DNA of 63,991 nucleotides, counting the filler, from Circinaria calcarea (lineage: Eukaryota), in the NCBI GenBank assembly GCA_051942165.1. It is 7 parts of 7 records of this genome, joined end to end, with 100 filler letters (N's around TTAATTAATTAA, not from the genome) between each part and the next. Parts side by side here need not be neighbours in the genome. Positions count along the whole stretch, not along the records: positions 9,285 to 18,468 come from JAVECS010000971.1; positions 18,569 to 27,751 come from JAVECS010000972.1; 5 more parts are not named here. One strand, 5' to 3'. Below, in pieces: positions 11,098 through 22,900 of the stretch. The translations under genes were made by a program, and so were the position numbers. Position 1 is the stretch's first letter. Each line of letters starts with the position of its first letter. Under the pieces are notes generated by a model that was given only the letters and a program-made list of their open reading frames with translations, ran no database searches and had not been told where the DNA came from.

Positions 11098-13231
11098 TTA
11101 GTTGCGAGGTTTGAGGACAACGAAAATGTCGCCCCGGGGGAGAATATATGATCGCCAGGTAGCTGAGAGCGAGGCGTCCTTGTCTGCAAGGTGGCAGTCG
11201 TAGTTGGTAAGGATATGGGCGAGAATCAGCTTGATGACGACCACGGCGTGAAATCTTGCCGGGCTTTTGTCGTAGTGAAAAGATTTTCTTTACGTTAGCC
11301 GGGGTTCAATGGTAGTTAGGAAACAAGGCCGAAAAGAGCGGTAAGAAAAGATATATATCGGGAAGTGGGCTCCGACCTACCATGCCATTCTGGTATTTCC
11401 CCACATTCCCCATGCGTAGGAAACATCCGTGAGTTTGGAAGGCCCTTCCGGTTGGGTGAAGGGGATCAGATTTGATTTCCGCAGATCGGTGAAGCGGAAG
11501 CCGTTGAACGTATTGGGGCTCGGATAGAGTTCCGGGTCGTGAAGCATCGGGCGCATGGGAACACAGGTCCAATCTCCCTGGTCCACTCGGGTGCCGTCGG
11601 AGAAGGTGAATCGCTTGAGGGCCTGACGACGCGACGTCACTCGGGAAATGTGTCAGTAGAATGAATTAGCCCGTGAGATAGTGCAAACTGACTAGAATCC
11701 ATTGGATGCATGCGGGCCGATTCTTTGACGAAGCTATCAAGCAATGGGAGCCCCACGGTGGTTTCGGCGAATGTCCTATACTCGGCGCTTTCGAGTTCCT
11801 TGCGCAGAGGCTCCACATACTCGGGATGCAGGCATAGATCGAACAGTGCGTAGGTTGCCGTCTGGGAAAGGTTGCTTAATTAAGCGAACAGGAATAAAGA
11901 CTTTCGCGAGCTCAACTTACGATGGACAGACCGTGGATCGAACCGAACCAAAGTGCCATCATCTCATGGACAATCCTACCGGCAGACCAGGGGTCATTCT
12001 TGGGCGACGTATCCATAATCCATTGGATACCGTCATTCTCTCTTCGGTCAGCCCGGTTGATTGTATACTGGCATGGACTTACTGGGTGATCTTTGGATCT
12101 TTTGCCATCCTTCAGTGGAGCTTGATATTCCAAACGGCGCTCGATATCGCTCTTCAACACACTGTACCAAGTTTCCTGCGTTTTTGTACAGCTGGAAAGG
12201 AACTTTCCAATGTAACTATATTCATTAATTCATTATTCCAAGTTCAAATGTGGAGTTAGACCTACGGAGCAAGAAAGGTAGGCATCACTCGAATCCATTC
12301 CGACGCCCATATAACATGCTCGATATTATCAAAGGCAGCATCCATGAATTCTTGGTTCGACACTAACCATGTTAGAATCTGTTTTGTAATTACCGTTTCA
12401 GGTGCTTACCGAGGTCTCTTCCGAAAAACGCGAACCCGTTGGTTTTAACAACGATTCGTTTCAATTCCTCAAATGCCGGAAAATGCTTCACACCTTGGCA
12501 AGGATTAATTACATGTACACTCAACACGGAGAACAGTTTACCATGAACGGTCTTTGAATTGCTATTATAGGATTTCGTGATTTCATGTTCAATAATAGAG
12601 CGTAGATCTGGCAAGATTTGGGGCAGATGAGCTGTCAACAAAGAGCGAAGGGCCCGAACATAACCAATACCGTCTTGACCTCTTCGATCGACCCAGTTGA
12701 AGCCATGCATAGTGTACTGGGGCTGAAACATCTATTCGGGGATTAGAAAATTTGCAGACACGAATCAATCAAAGAGGCCTAACCTGCTTAGTTGCCGCAA
12801 AAAGCGAAAGTGTATCCTGAGGAGCGCTGTCTATTTCCTTGATCTGTTTCTCTGATGAAATGAAAATGCATTTATGATCTGGAGCATTGATCTCGAAAGG
12901 CTGCCCTTTGGCCTACACGTATATCAACACTGTAATTAGATTTCAAGGCTTGGTGCAGAAATACCAACCTTAAGATAGGCACGGTCAATTTGCTGAGGTC
13001 CAAGGATAAGGAACAACCATGCGTTCAAGAGCCCTTTGACATAAGTATACGGCCATAACAAGGCATCAGTAACTAGCTTCTATCGCGCACATTAGAGTAT
13101 GATGCCTAAGGGAACGGTTTCAATACCAAGCCATGAAAGGTGACAGAGCTGAGGATGGCAGACAGAGAAATAAGGAGGAAAAGTAAAGCCGTTGCTTCCA
13201 AAGACTCCCATTTTGAAGCATATAAAAGCAT
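11098..13231 (-). CDS. Cytochrome P450 monooxygenase (multi-exon)
   Basis: N-terminal TM segment (ATG 13231), I-helix WFGSIH, ExxR (FVKESAR), PERF-like FNGFRF, heme motif WGNTRMAC-PARF split by an intron; stop at 11098-11100. Confidence 0.9.
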
Positions 13232-14399
13232 ACTGGCGTCGAGATACGCCTTGTGAGGTACAGTAATAACCGTGGGGTACGTAGAATACTGGGAAAGACC
13301 GGAGAATTTATCAAGGTAAACAGCCACTTACGATGAGGAAGCGTGATTAAGCCACCCTGGAAATGTAGCACAAAACCGGGCATGCCGTGGATGACTTATG
13401 AATTGTGTCTCCTAAAATGACACTAATGCCAGCACTCCCTCCACGAAATCATATCAACCATCCAAGTGCATCTAAGACAATACGACCTCGCTCTGCCGTG
13501 GCGGCTGGCTAAGAGTGTAGAGCACGACAAAGAAAGCCTGTGCCGCCATGATCGAACGGCCGAGTCCTTGAATCTAGGCCACACTAATATTTGGGAGCCC
13601 CTGTTCTCTCAGCTGACAGGAGCGATTCGCAGATGGCAAAGGCGAGGCGTACAGTAGCGGACTACTGAAGGTTTGGGGTACAGAGATTAACTACCGGCCG
13701 CTGGGTCCGTAGGTGACGTTATGTCCCGTTTGATTAGCAATCTTGCGAAGAGAATGAAACTGCTCGTTAGGCTGCTCCCTACACTGATGCGGCTTTCTCT
13801 CGGATGAGATGGCGGATATCGGATATACCTACTTTGATAGTGATCCGCATGTGGGACCCACCTGCATGAACGGTCTGCCGCATATTTAGAACCTATCACA
13901 GCCGCTTCCAATCGTACGTTGACGGCGTCAGTGACACTGCCCAGACGCTGTGCCTATTTGGAAAGTGCAATCGTGGCACAGTGCAAACGCATCAACATTA
14001 ACATAAATTGGTAGTATTCCATATACTCTATAAACAGGAAGAACAATGTGGGCATGGCCCCTTATAACTTGATTGTGGTGACAGTGGTATCGGCGCAAAA
14101 CAGCATGGGTACTAGACTCCTGCATGCCCTATATGCGTGCCGTGCGTGAGTGGGCCAAGCCACAGTAGCTCGAATCAGAGAGCACGGGGCTAAATCGTCG
14201 CGGTCCCATCCAGTATCTCGCTTAAGCGGCGTGGTGGGGTTGGGGAGAGTAAATATACGAGAATTCGCAAAGTTGTTTGTCGCTTTTGCGCTACGGGCTT
14301 CATCCCTTTCCTACATATGAGCATCCTGTTTCTACAGCTTTAGATACCTTTTTGTTTTTCTTTCTACCGAGTTGATTTGCTTTGGTGTATCATTCAACC

Positions 14400-15784
14400 A
14401 TGTCTGCTTCAATACCACCGGGAGTTGACCTCTCGAAGATCCCACTAGAAAGAAACCCAGCGGTCAAGTCGAATTTCGTCGACCCTCCAACCCTTGCTCC
14501 CGCCGTCACTGGAGTAGGCATCATCATGACCATCATCACCGTAGTCTTCGTGTTGATGCGGTTGAACGCAAATCTGCGCTCGGCCCGCAAGATTGGCTGG
14601 GACGACTGTGGGTAGCTATCTTGATCCGTCATAAAAGCCGAGGCTGACCGGTATCTAGGCTTTTGCGTCCTGGCTTTACTCTTGTCCCTCACTTACACGG
14701 GTGTAGTTATAAGCTGTACGATGGAAGTGCACTTACCATGAAGAAGCTCACCCATCATGTAGTGAACACAACCGCGCGACATCCGTGGGACGTTCCACTC
14801 AGCGTCTTTGCTGACCCTTCGTACTCAAAGGTAATAGACGCCTATCATTCCCCCTCCCTTTGGAAACGCAAGTGCTCATTGCCTCATTCAGAGGATCTTC
14901 GTGCTCGGAATGACATTTGGACCAGGTATCTGGTTTGCAAAAGCCGCAATTCTGATGCTTTATCTCCGCGTATTTCAAGTCAAAAGAATTATACGCTTCC
15001 TTATATATTTTGGACTGACTTTTATGTTTGTGCTTTATTGGATAAGTGTTCCGCTATTTTCGTATTATTGCACTCCTCGCGCTGGTGAAGCTTGGGATCT
15101 GACACTACTTGGTAAGTGCCATGTAAATGCCAAGCTTGCACTTGTACAAGGCGTATTTGGCGTGGTCGCAGATATTTACATTTTTATTTTACCCCTTCCG
15201 ACGATATACAATCTGAATCTGGCCTATAAAAAGAAGGTCGGGCTTGCTGCAATTTTCATGACTGGCATTCTCGGAATAATTGCGAGCGCATTGTCCTTGT
15301 ATTTTCGAGTTCTTAACTGGGAGCATAAAGACTCAACCTGGAACTCGGCAAAGGTCTACATTTTCGTGTAGGTCAAGGCACCTTCAGTGCTAAAAATTGC
15401 TGATTCATTGATAGCTTCGTGGAAACCTACGTCACCATCATTGTGGGATGTACACCCGCAGTAGCTTCATTCGGAAGGAATACCATGACGAAATCAGCGC
15501 TCTTCCAGAGTCTCCGATCTTTTCTATCTACAAGTTTACTGCGGTTGACGGGTAAGGAAGATAGTATCGCAGCCGAAGTATATTCAGGCCAGAACAATCA
15601 CGACCCGGAATCTTTATCGCATCTTAAGGAAGGCGATATCGACGAGCTTAATGCTCCACGGCAGATGGCTTACAGTACAGTAACATCTGACGGCAAATAT
15701 GCCGCTGACGGACCACCTTTTATCACAAGAATAGTTAGTCTAGATCAGTGGTCGGAAGGGGGCCGCACTAGTGGCTCAAGCTAG
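14400..15784 (+). CDS. PTH11-like (fungal rhodopsin-domain) 7TM integral membrane protein
   Basis: SNFVDPPTL, GWDD, RHPWDVP, FAKAAILMLYLRVF, DIYIFILPLPTI..L.L..KKVGL..IF.TG, E..V.IIVGC.P; several canonical introns. Confidence 0.9.
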
Positions 15785-16715
15785 GTGTGTAGAGGGTCAG
15801 AGCAGCGGTCATTATGGCATGATTTTATTAACTTAGCAATCTGTGTCTCTACGATATAGCCACATTCATATCAAATCATTAAGCAAAGTAGCAAATAACG
15901 ATTACAAAAAACCTTATCGGGCAGACTACTCCGTATTGGAGGCCTTCAGTCCACCCAGCCGTTCGGAGCAAAAGTCCCAAAAATATACTCCAGCGAATAG
16001 CATGTCCAGGCGCCGAGAGAGCCTAATAACGTCATTAGGACAATAACTTAGCAGGTAGCCTTACCAAGCCACAATAAGCAGCGCAGAGTAGTCAGTCGAA
16101 GAAGAATTGCCTGCAGGACGTTTGTGAACTCTAAAATGGTGGAATCGGACATTTCGAGGCGCGCGTGAAGCCGCATTAGCCCTATGTCCTCCCGACCCAC
16201 ACCTTCCGGTCCTGCATGCAAGCTCAACCGTCGAAGACTCATCCAATGAATTCACTACTCCTCATCATCGTGTTCGCTGAAGCATAAAAGGGCAGTCATC
16301 GGACTCGCTTACAGTAAAACCCGGACTTCGTCTCTTCAAACTAGTGAGTCTATGCGGTGTAAAGGAGTGGTGTCGGCTGTCCCCCTTATGGAGTCGGTCT
16401 CCCCGCCAAGCAGGATAGGGGGGAAACAAACGAGTGGAAACAAATACATATGCGGGCGCGTGATATATCAGCCAACGGGGCCTAAAACAAACAAACCAAG
16501 GTGACCCTGCGTATAAACAAATTTTCTGACTTATGCGACGTCGAATTCAAGACAACGTCTGCACGCCCACTTAAAACAGTATTCGCTGGGCCATATCAAT
16601 CATGCGTCGACTCATGCGCTGACCTCCAATAAGAACGGGGAAATCTTTTGTTGCCCACAGCCCATCATCCTACTATATTGCCGGGCAACCGCATTGATAC
16701 CGCCAAAAGACGGAA

Positions 16716-18352
16716 ATGCGGCTCCTCTCTATTTCCCGTCCCTTACTACTGTCACTGCATCTTCTTTTTCCATCGACAGCATCTGCTGCCATGGCTGATC
16801 CAGCTCTTCACCAAGCTCTCTCAACCGCCCTCAGCGCCAAAGTTTTCCTTCCCGGCACCAGTGGCTACAATGAGAGTACTACCTCCTACTACTCGGCTTT
16901 CGAGCACGAGCTCAAGCCCGGTCTTGTCCTCAAACCAGCTAGCAAGGAGGATGTCGCCGCGATTGTCAAAATCACTAAACCATTTGTAGCCAGAGGGAAA
17001 GTTCAGCTGGCCATTCGCGGAGGCGGTGCTACACCGGTCGCTGGTGTGGCCAATATCAATAATGGGATCACGATTGATATGCGTTCCGTTACCGGCATCA
17101 CGCTCCACCCCGAGAACTCAACCGTGTCTATCGGGGCAGGAGAATCCTGGGGTGACGTCTATGGAAAGCTTGAAGCCGAGGGCCTTGCCGTTGCGGGCGC
17201 CAGAACTTCGAGGTCTGGAGTTGGCGGACACCTTACGAACGGTATTCTCGACCACAGATACGGTGTTACACGGACATGTACACTGACTGCGTACAGGCGG
17301 CCTTTCTTTCTTCTCGGCACGTAAAGGTTTCCCGTGTGACAACGTTGTTAACTTCGAAGTGGTTCTTTCTAGCGGCGAGATTGTGAACGCGAATGCGGAG
17401 GAAAACCGGGACTTGTGGATCGCATTAAGGGGAGGTGGCAACAATTTCGGTATCGTCACTCGCTTTGACATGGCCACGTTCGGACAGGGTCAGCTGTGGG
17501 GAGGCAGCGTGTTTTACGATGCTGCCAAATTCCCCGGGCAGCTGGAAGCCCTCTCCGACTTTCTCACTCGGTCGAATGATGCGTACGCACACATCCTCAT
17601 CAGTGTCGGATACGCCGCCAACTTCGGCGGACTTCTCGCCAAGAACACCGTCTACTACACCACGAACCAGCCCGATCCGCCCGCGCTTCGACCCTTCAGC
17701 ACCGGAATCCAACCGCAGCTGGATGCCCTCCGATCGCTCCGGTCCGCCACCGTGAAGAGCTTTGCCGACGAACAAGCCGCAGGCGGAAAGGATGGTCGCC
17801 GGTAACGTTTCCGCTCTGTTTCCCTTGTTCCGAATGCGTGAACCGGTTGAGCTCATGATCAAGTTTAGGCAACTCTACATGACCACGACCTTCAAACTCG
17901 ACGTCGAGCTCATGCGAGCCGTCACCGACACCTTCCACACCACCGTCGACAACATGAAGCCCGTCCCCGGCCTCATCTATTCGCTGAGCTTCCAGCCCCT
18001 GTCGGAAGCGCTGCTGACCGAATCGGCCGCGCGGGGTGGGAACTCGTTGGGCTTGAGTCCGGCCGACGGCCCGCTGATCGTCGTTCTGCTCTATAGCTAC
18101 TGGGCCGACGCGAGCGATGACAAGACGGTGATCAGCTTGCAGCAAGTGTTCCTGCGGCAAGTGGAGCGACTGGCGGCGACCAGGGGCAAGGCGTCCTCGT
18201 TCAAGTTTATGCCTTACGCGTATGCGGGCCAAGATCCAATCGACGGATACGGTTCGACGAGCAAAGCCAAATTGCAGGCTACGAGTAGGAAATACGATCC
18301 CGATGGATTCTTTCAGAAGGGAGTTCCCGGAGGGTTCAAGCTGTTTCCATAG
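16716..18352 (+). CDS. Secreted FAD-linked oxidoreductase (VAO/BBE-like, FAD_binding_4)
   Basis: Signal peptide, RGGG.T, GVGG...GG, DLWIALRGGGNNFGIVTRF, C-terminal KYDPDGFFQKGVPGGFKL; introns ~17242-17295 and ~17803-17868. Confidence 0.9.
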
Positions 18353-18468
18353 ATTAATAGTAATCGCTTCTATGCCCGAATCGAGATCATTCTTCCTACC
18401 AAAAACTACCAAAGATGCACATATCTCACAGCGATGCCAAGCCCTGCAAAAACTCCGGGGGTATCGCC

Positions 18469-18568
18469 NNNNNNNNNNNNNNNNNNNNNNNNNNNNNNNN
18501 NNNNNNNNNNNNTTAATTAATTAANNNNNNNNNNNNNNNNNNNNNNNNNNNNNNNNNNNNNNNNNNNN
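18469..18568. other. Artificial contig linker
   Basis: N44-TTAATTAATTAA-N44. Confidence 0.98.
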
Positions 18569-18632
18569 TATGGAGTCTATTGAACACGGTCTATAAGCAT
18601 GCTATTCTAAAGAGCGGGAATAGCCTGCTATA

Positions 18633-19737
18633 TATAACACTCTGCTCACTGTGCTCACCTTCCCGAGCATTCTGCTCACCCTGCTCATTCTGCTCACCCC
18701 CATAAGCACCATGAGCACACTGAGCATTCCCACGGTGGAGGTTCCCCCGACCCGCGGTCCTATCCTAACCGGGCCTAGCGCATGTCATGGCGGGCACGCC
18801 ATAACAATTATAATAATTATTATAATTAAAAAAATAAAAATTCCTATACGCAAAATCGAAAAATTTTTAAAAAAATTTTCGATATTATATTAATATTTAT
18901 TCATACCACCATAATTATATTTTATTAATAAATTAAAATTAAAATTAAAATTATTTAAAATATTTAAATTAAAACCGTAGAAAAACGATTAAGTTAAATC
19001 TTTAGCTTTTAATAATAAAGTTATAAAATTTACCGAGCGTTTTAAAACGAGTTATATAACGGGGACGATATTTTAGAAATATAGAGGATCGCGATCGTAG
19101 TAAAAAACCTCGCGATTAAAAATTAATATTAACGGTAAAAACGATCGTAATAGTTAAATAACCTTAATTATAAATACAAATTGAAGTCCGAACGAAAAAA
19201 TACGAAACGGAATAAAAGGAGCCGAATAAATCAGGCCGCGCGAATTAATACGAGCGAGCGAGCGGATATAAAAAAAAGATAAATAAAGAACGGAGGGAAG
19301 GCAGTATTTATATCGCGAGTAAAGCGGCGAAAGACCGCGTTTACGCGTTTTCCCCGATAAGAGGGACGTTAAACCCGGTAAGGTAAATATTAATAAAATA
19401 ATTACGATGAAAATAGCGGTGACGACTTGTTAGGTACTGGTTTTAAAGCTGCGTTGCTTGATAACTGAAGACCGGTGGTGGAGTTGGTGGTTTACTTATT
19501 ACTCTGTTCTTGCATTTGATATGCGCCTTTAAAATACCCTTGATCAAACCGGAGGCAGAAGCATTCACAGCTAAATTACTACGACAGCTAGGTACCTGCA
19601 GTTTTGCGAATCGGCTGGTCGTTTTGCGTATCAAAGACCCCCCACTAGGACCGCAGGTTCGAAGCTGTGGCCGCAATAATGCCCCATAGGTAAGCAAGGT
19701 AAGTAAAGTAAGCCAAGTAAGCAATTCAGATGCTGTG
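18633..19737. mobile_element. Degenerate DNA transposon relic with inverted subterminal repeats and RIP-like AT-rich core
   Basis: Left end has TGCTCAC clusters and ACCCGCGGTCCTA. Right end has TAGGACCGCAGGT and GTAAGCA clusters, the reverse complements with G>A changes. AT-rich interior at ~18800-19430. Confidence 0.55.
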
Positions 19738-19904
19738 GTGATGGGTCGCATGCTGACGCGTAACAGTCAACAGATAAACGCTGAATAATCGATAGACAGA
19801 CGTGGAATGCTGTTTAAATACTCGCAGTGTTGGAAGTCCTATGCCTGCTAGGGTCTAGCTTCACTTATTGTAGCTTCTCAATAAGTAAAGCAAATACTGT
19901 TATA

Positions 19905-22900
19905 ATGATTTCGGCCAAAGTCTTGTACTTTTCGGGAGAAATTCCCCAGGGAGACCCAGAGGGCGATCAAAGAACCCTCTTCAGAAAGCTAAATCTGCTC
20001 AGCAAAGAGCGAGATTATGTGATTCTGGCATCATTGCTGCAGTGTGTGACAGTGGCATTGAAGGACGAGTGTAGCCGACTAAGCCATCTACAACGAGACC
20101 TGATCCCACCTTTCGAAAGCGTCCTCGATTTGACAGATCATGTTGTTCCATTAAGAAAGACGCCACTCGGGGGGGCCATCGAGCGAGTATTGGTTCTTAT
20201 TTTTCAATTGGGAAGCTTTGTTGCGTAAGCTTCACCAAGCCATTCGATGGAATTAGAAAGCTCACCAATGTTCTGGCAAGATATCATGAGGCTCATCCAC
20301 TGGAGTACGATTTCACACCGGCCAGCACCTCACTCATCGGCAGGGGCTTGGGTCTACTCTCGGCAGCTGCAATCGGTCTCTCACCGAGCATTTCGATGAT
20401 ACCAAGCATCGCCCAAGATATCACCCGAATCTCATTTCGTTTTGGTCTGGTTGTCGATCAAGTTTGTCGATCGTTGGAGGTCTCTCACGATGAGATCAAT
20501 ACCGACGGCGCCTGGGTATATTGTGTCCACGGGGTGGATGAGAAAGACGCGCGTGATTCGGTGAATCAATTCAACGAGGACAAAGTCAGCGCAGAACTGG
20601 ATTGGAAGTCGTTGGCAATATGCTAATGAATGCAAAAGGCATATCCTCCAACCAAAGGCGCGTCTGTCTTCAACGTCGACAACGCTGGAGGCTCGGTCAG
20701 CATAGGTGGACCGCCAGAAACGCTGAAGGCGCTTTTTTCCGAGTCTAATGGCTTTAAGAAGACGAAGAATGTGGCAATGAAGAAAATCCAGGGTATGTGG
20801 CATACTGACAGAGTGTATGGTGTGGAACACGTGGGGCAAGTGGTCCCAAAGATCGAATCCACACGGGAGCTGCACATTCCGTTGATATCGCCTGTGAGCG
20901 GAGAGCCGTTTCGGGAGACAAAGGCCGGACCCCTGTTTGAACAGATCATGGAAGAGATATTGACCGAGACGGTGCGGTGGGACATGGTTATTGACACTGT
21001 CACCAAGCAACTGAAGCAGCTGATGCCCAAATCCGCGCAACTGATTAGCATACAGCCATCGCACTATAACCAGAACCTGTTGGAACGCTGGCGGATCGAA
21101 TTGCCCAACGCCACGGTGTCAGACCTCGCTATAATGCCAGCTGTATTGGATTCCATTCTCGGAAAAAGTCCGCCGAAGGACACAAGATCGTCCAAGATTG
21201 CTGTCGTAGGCATGGCATGTCGTTTCCCGGGCGCGGACACCACCGAGGAATTCTGGGAGCGGTTGATGCAGGGGCAAGACATGCACCGCCATGTTCCTCC
21301 CGATCGATTCGACGTCGAAACACACGTAGATCCCACGGGGAAACGACAGAACACGTCAAAGACTCCTTACGGCTGCTTTGTTGATAATCCGGGGCTGTTC
21401 GAAGCTATGTTCTTCGGCATGTCACCCAGAGAGGCTGAACATACGGACCCAATGCAGCGCCTTGCCTTGGTCACGGCATACGAAGCTCTGGAGAACGCTG
21501 GGTATGTTGACGGTCGAGGCGTCATCCATCGCCAGCGCGTTGGCACTTTTTACGGCCAAGCCAGCGACGACTATCGCGAAGTCAACTCTGGACAGGAAGT
21601 AGGCACTTATTTTATTCCCGGTGGATGCAGGGCGTTTGGTCCCGGACGTATCAACTACTTTTTCAATTTCTGGGGCCCTAGCTTTAGTGTCGACACGGCG
21701 TGCTCTTCGAGTTTGGCAGCTATTCAAGCCGCGTGCTCGTCATTGTGGAGTGGAGATGTTGACATGGCCATTACTGTAAGTTGTTCGATTCACATCAAAG
21801 GCCATCAACTCGTGAGCGCTGATAAATCGTGACTGTCACCTTAGGGAGGGATGAATATCCTCACGAACTCTGATGTGTATGCTGGGCTCAGCCAAGGCCA
21901 CTTTCTCTCCCCTACGGGGGGCTGTAAGACTTGGGATGAGGGAGCGGACGGATACTGTAGATCAGGTATGCCGTCATCCCTCCACTCTTAGCACTGCGAG
22001 ATCTTCAAGACGTCCACTGACTAGCATTGCTGAATAGATGGAGTCGGAAGCGTGGTTCTAAAGAGACTCGAGGATGCAGAAGCCGACAACGATAACATCC
22101 TCGCCGTAGTCCTATCGGCAGCTACTTCTCATTCGGCGGAAGCTGTTTCGATCACGCATCCTCACGACGCGGCGCAAGCTCTGTTGTACGACCAGATTGT
22201 CCGACGAGCTGGGATCGATCCCCTGGCGGTAGGTTACGTGGAGATGCACGGCACAGGAACGCAAGCTGGTGATCCTACCGAAATGAGATCGGTGACCAGT
22301 GTGTTCGCGCCTCCCCGTCTTCATGGCCATCGACCGATACCCCTGCATGTGGGCTCAGTCAAAGCCAATATGGGCCATGGAGAGGCTGCTGCGGGAATCA
22401 TGGCTTTCGTCAAGACCATGTTAGTCTTCCAGAAAGGCATCATTCCACCTCATATCGGCGTGAAGACAGGTTTGAATCCTGCACTACCAGACTTGGGCAA
22501 GATGGGCGTCGTTATTCCATTTAAAGCTGCAAATTGGAGCCCGGCCAGTACGCAGAACAGGCTGGCCATGGTCAATAACTTTGGCGCTGCTGGAGGTAAC
22601 ACGGCCATGATCATCGAAGAGGCCAGCCCAAGGCCACGGCTATGCGAAGACACACGAGAAGCCCATGCCATTACGGTTTCAGCAAAGACGGCTCAATCTC
22701 TTGGCTTGAATATCAGGCGCCTTGTCGAGTATATTGAATCTTCGCAAGACTTATCTCTTGCCGACGTCGCCTACACACTCTCGGCCAGGAGACGTCACTA
22801 CGAATACCGGAAATCCGTTGTAGTAAGATCCTTGGCCGACGCCGTCAAACAGCTTCAACCGCACATCGAAACTGCTATGGCTCAGACTCCGACCTTATTG

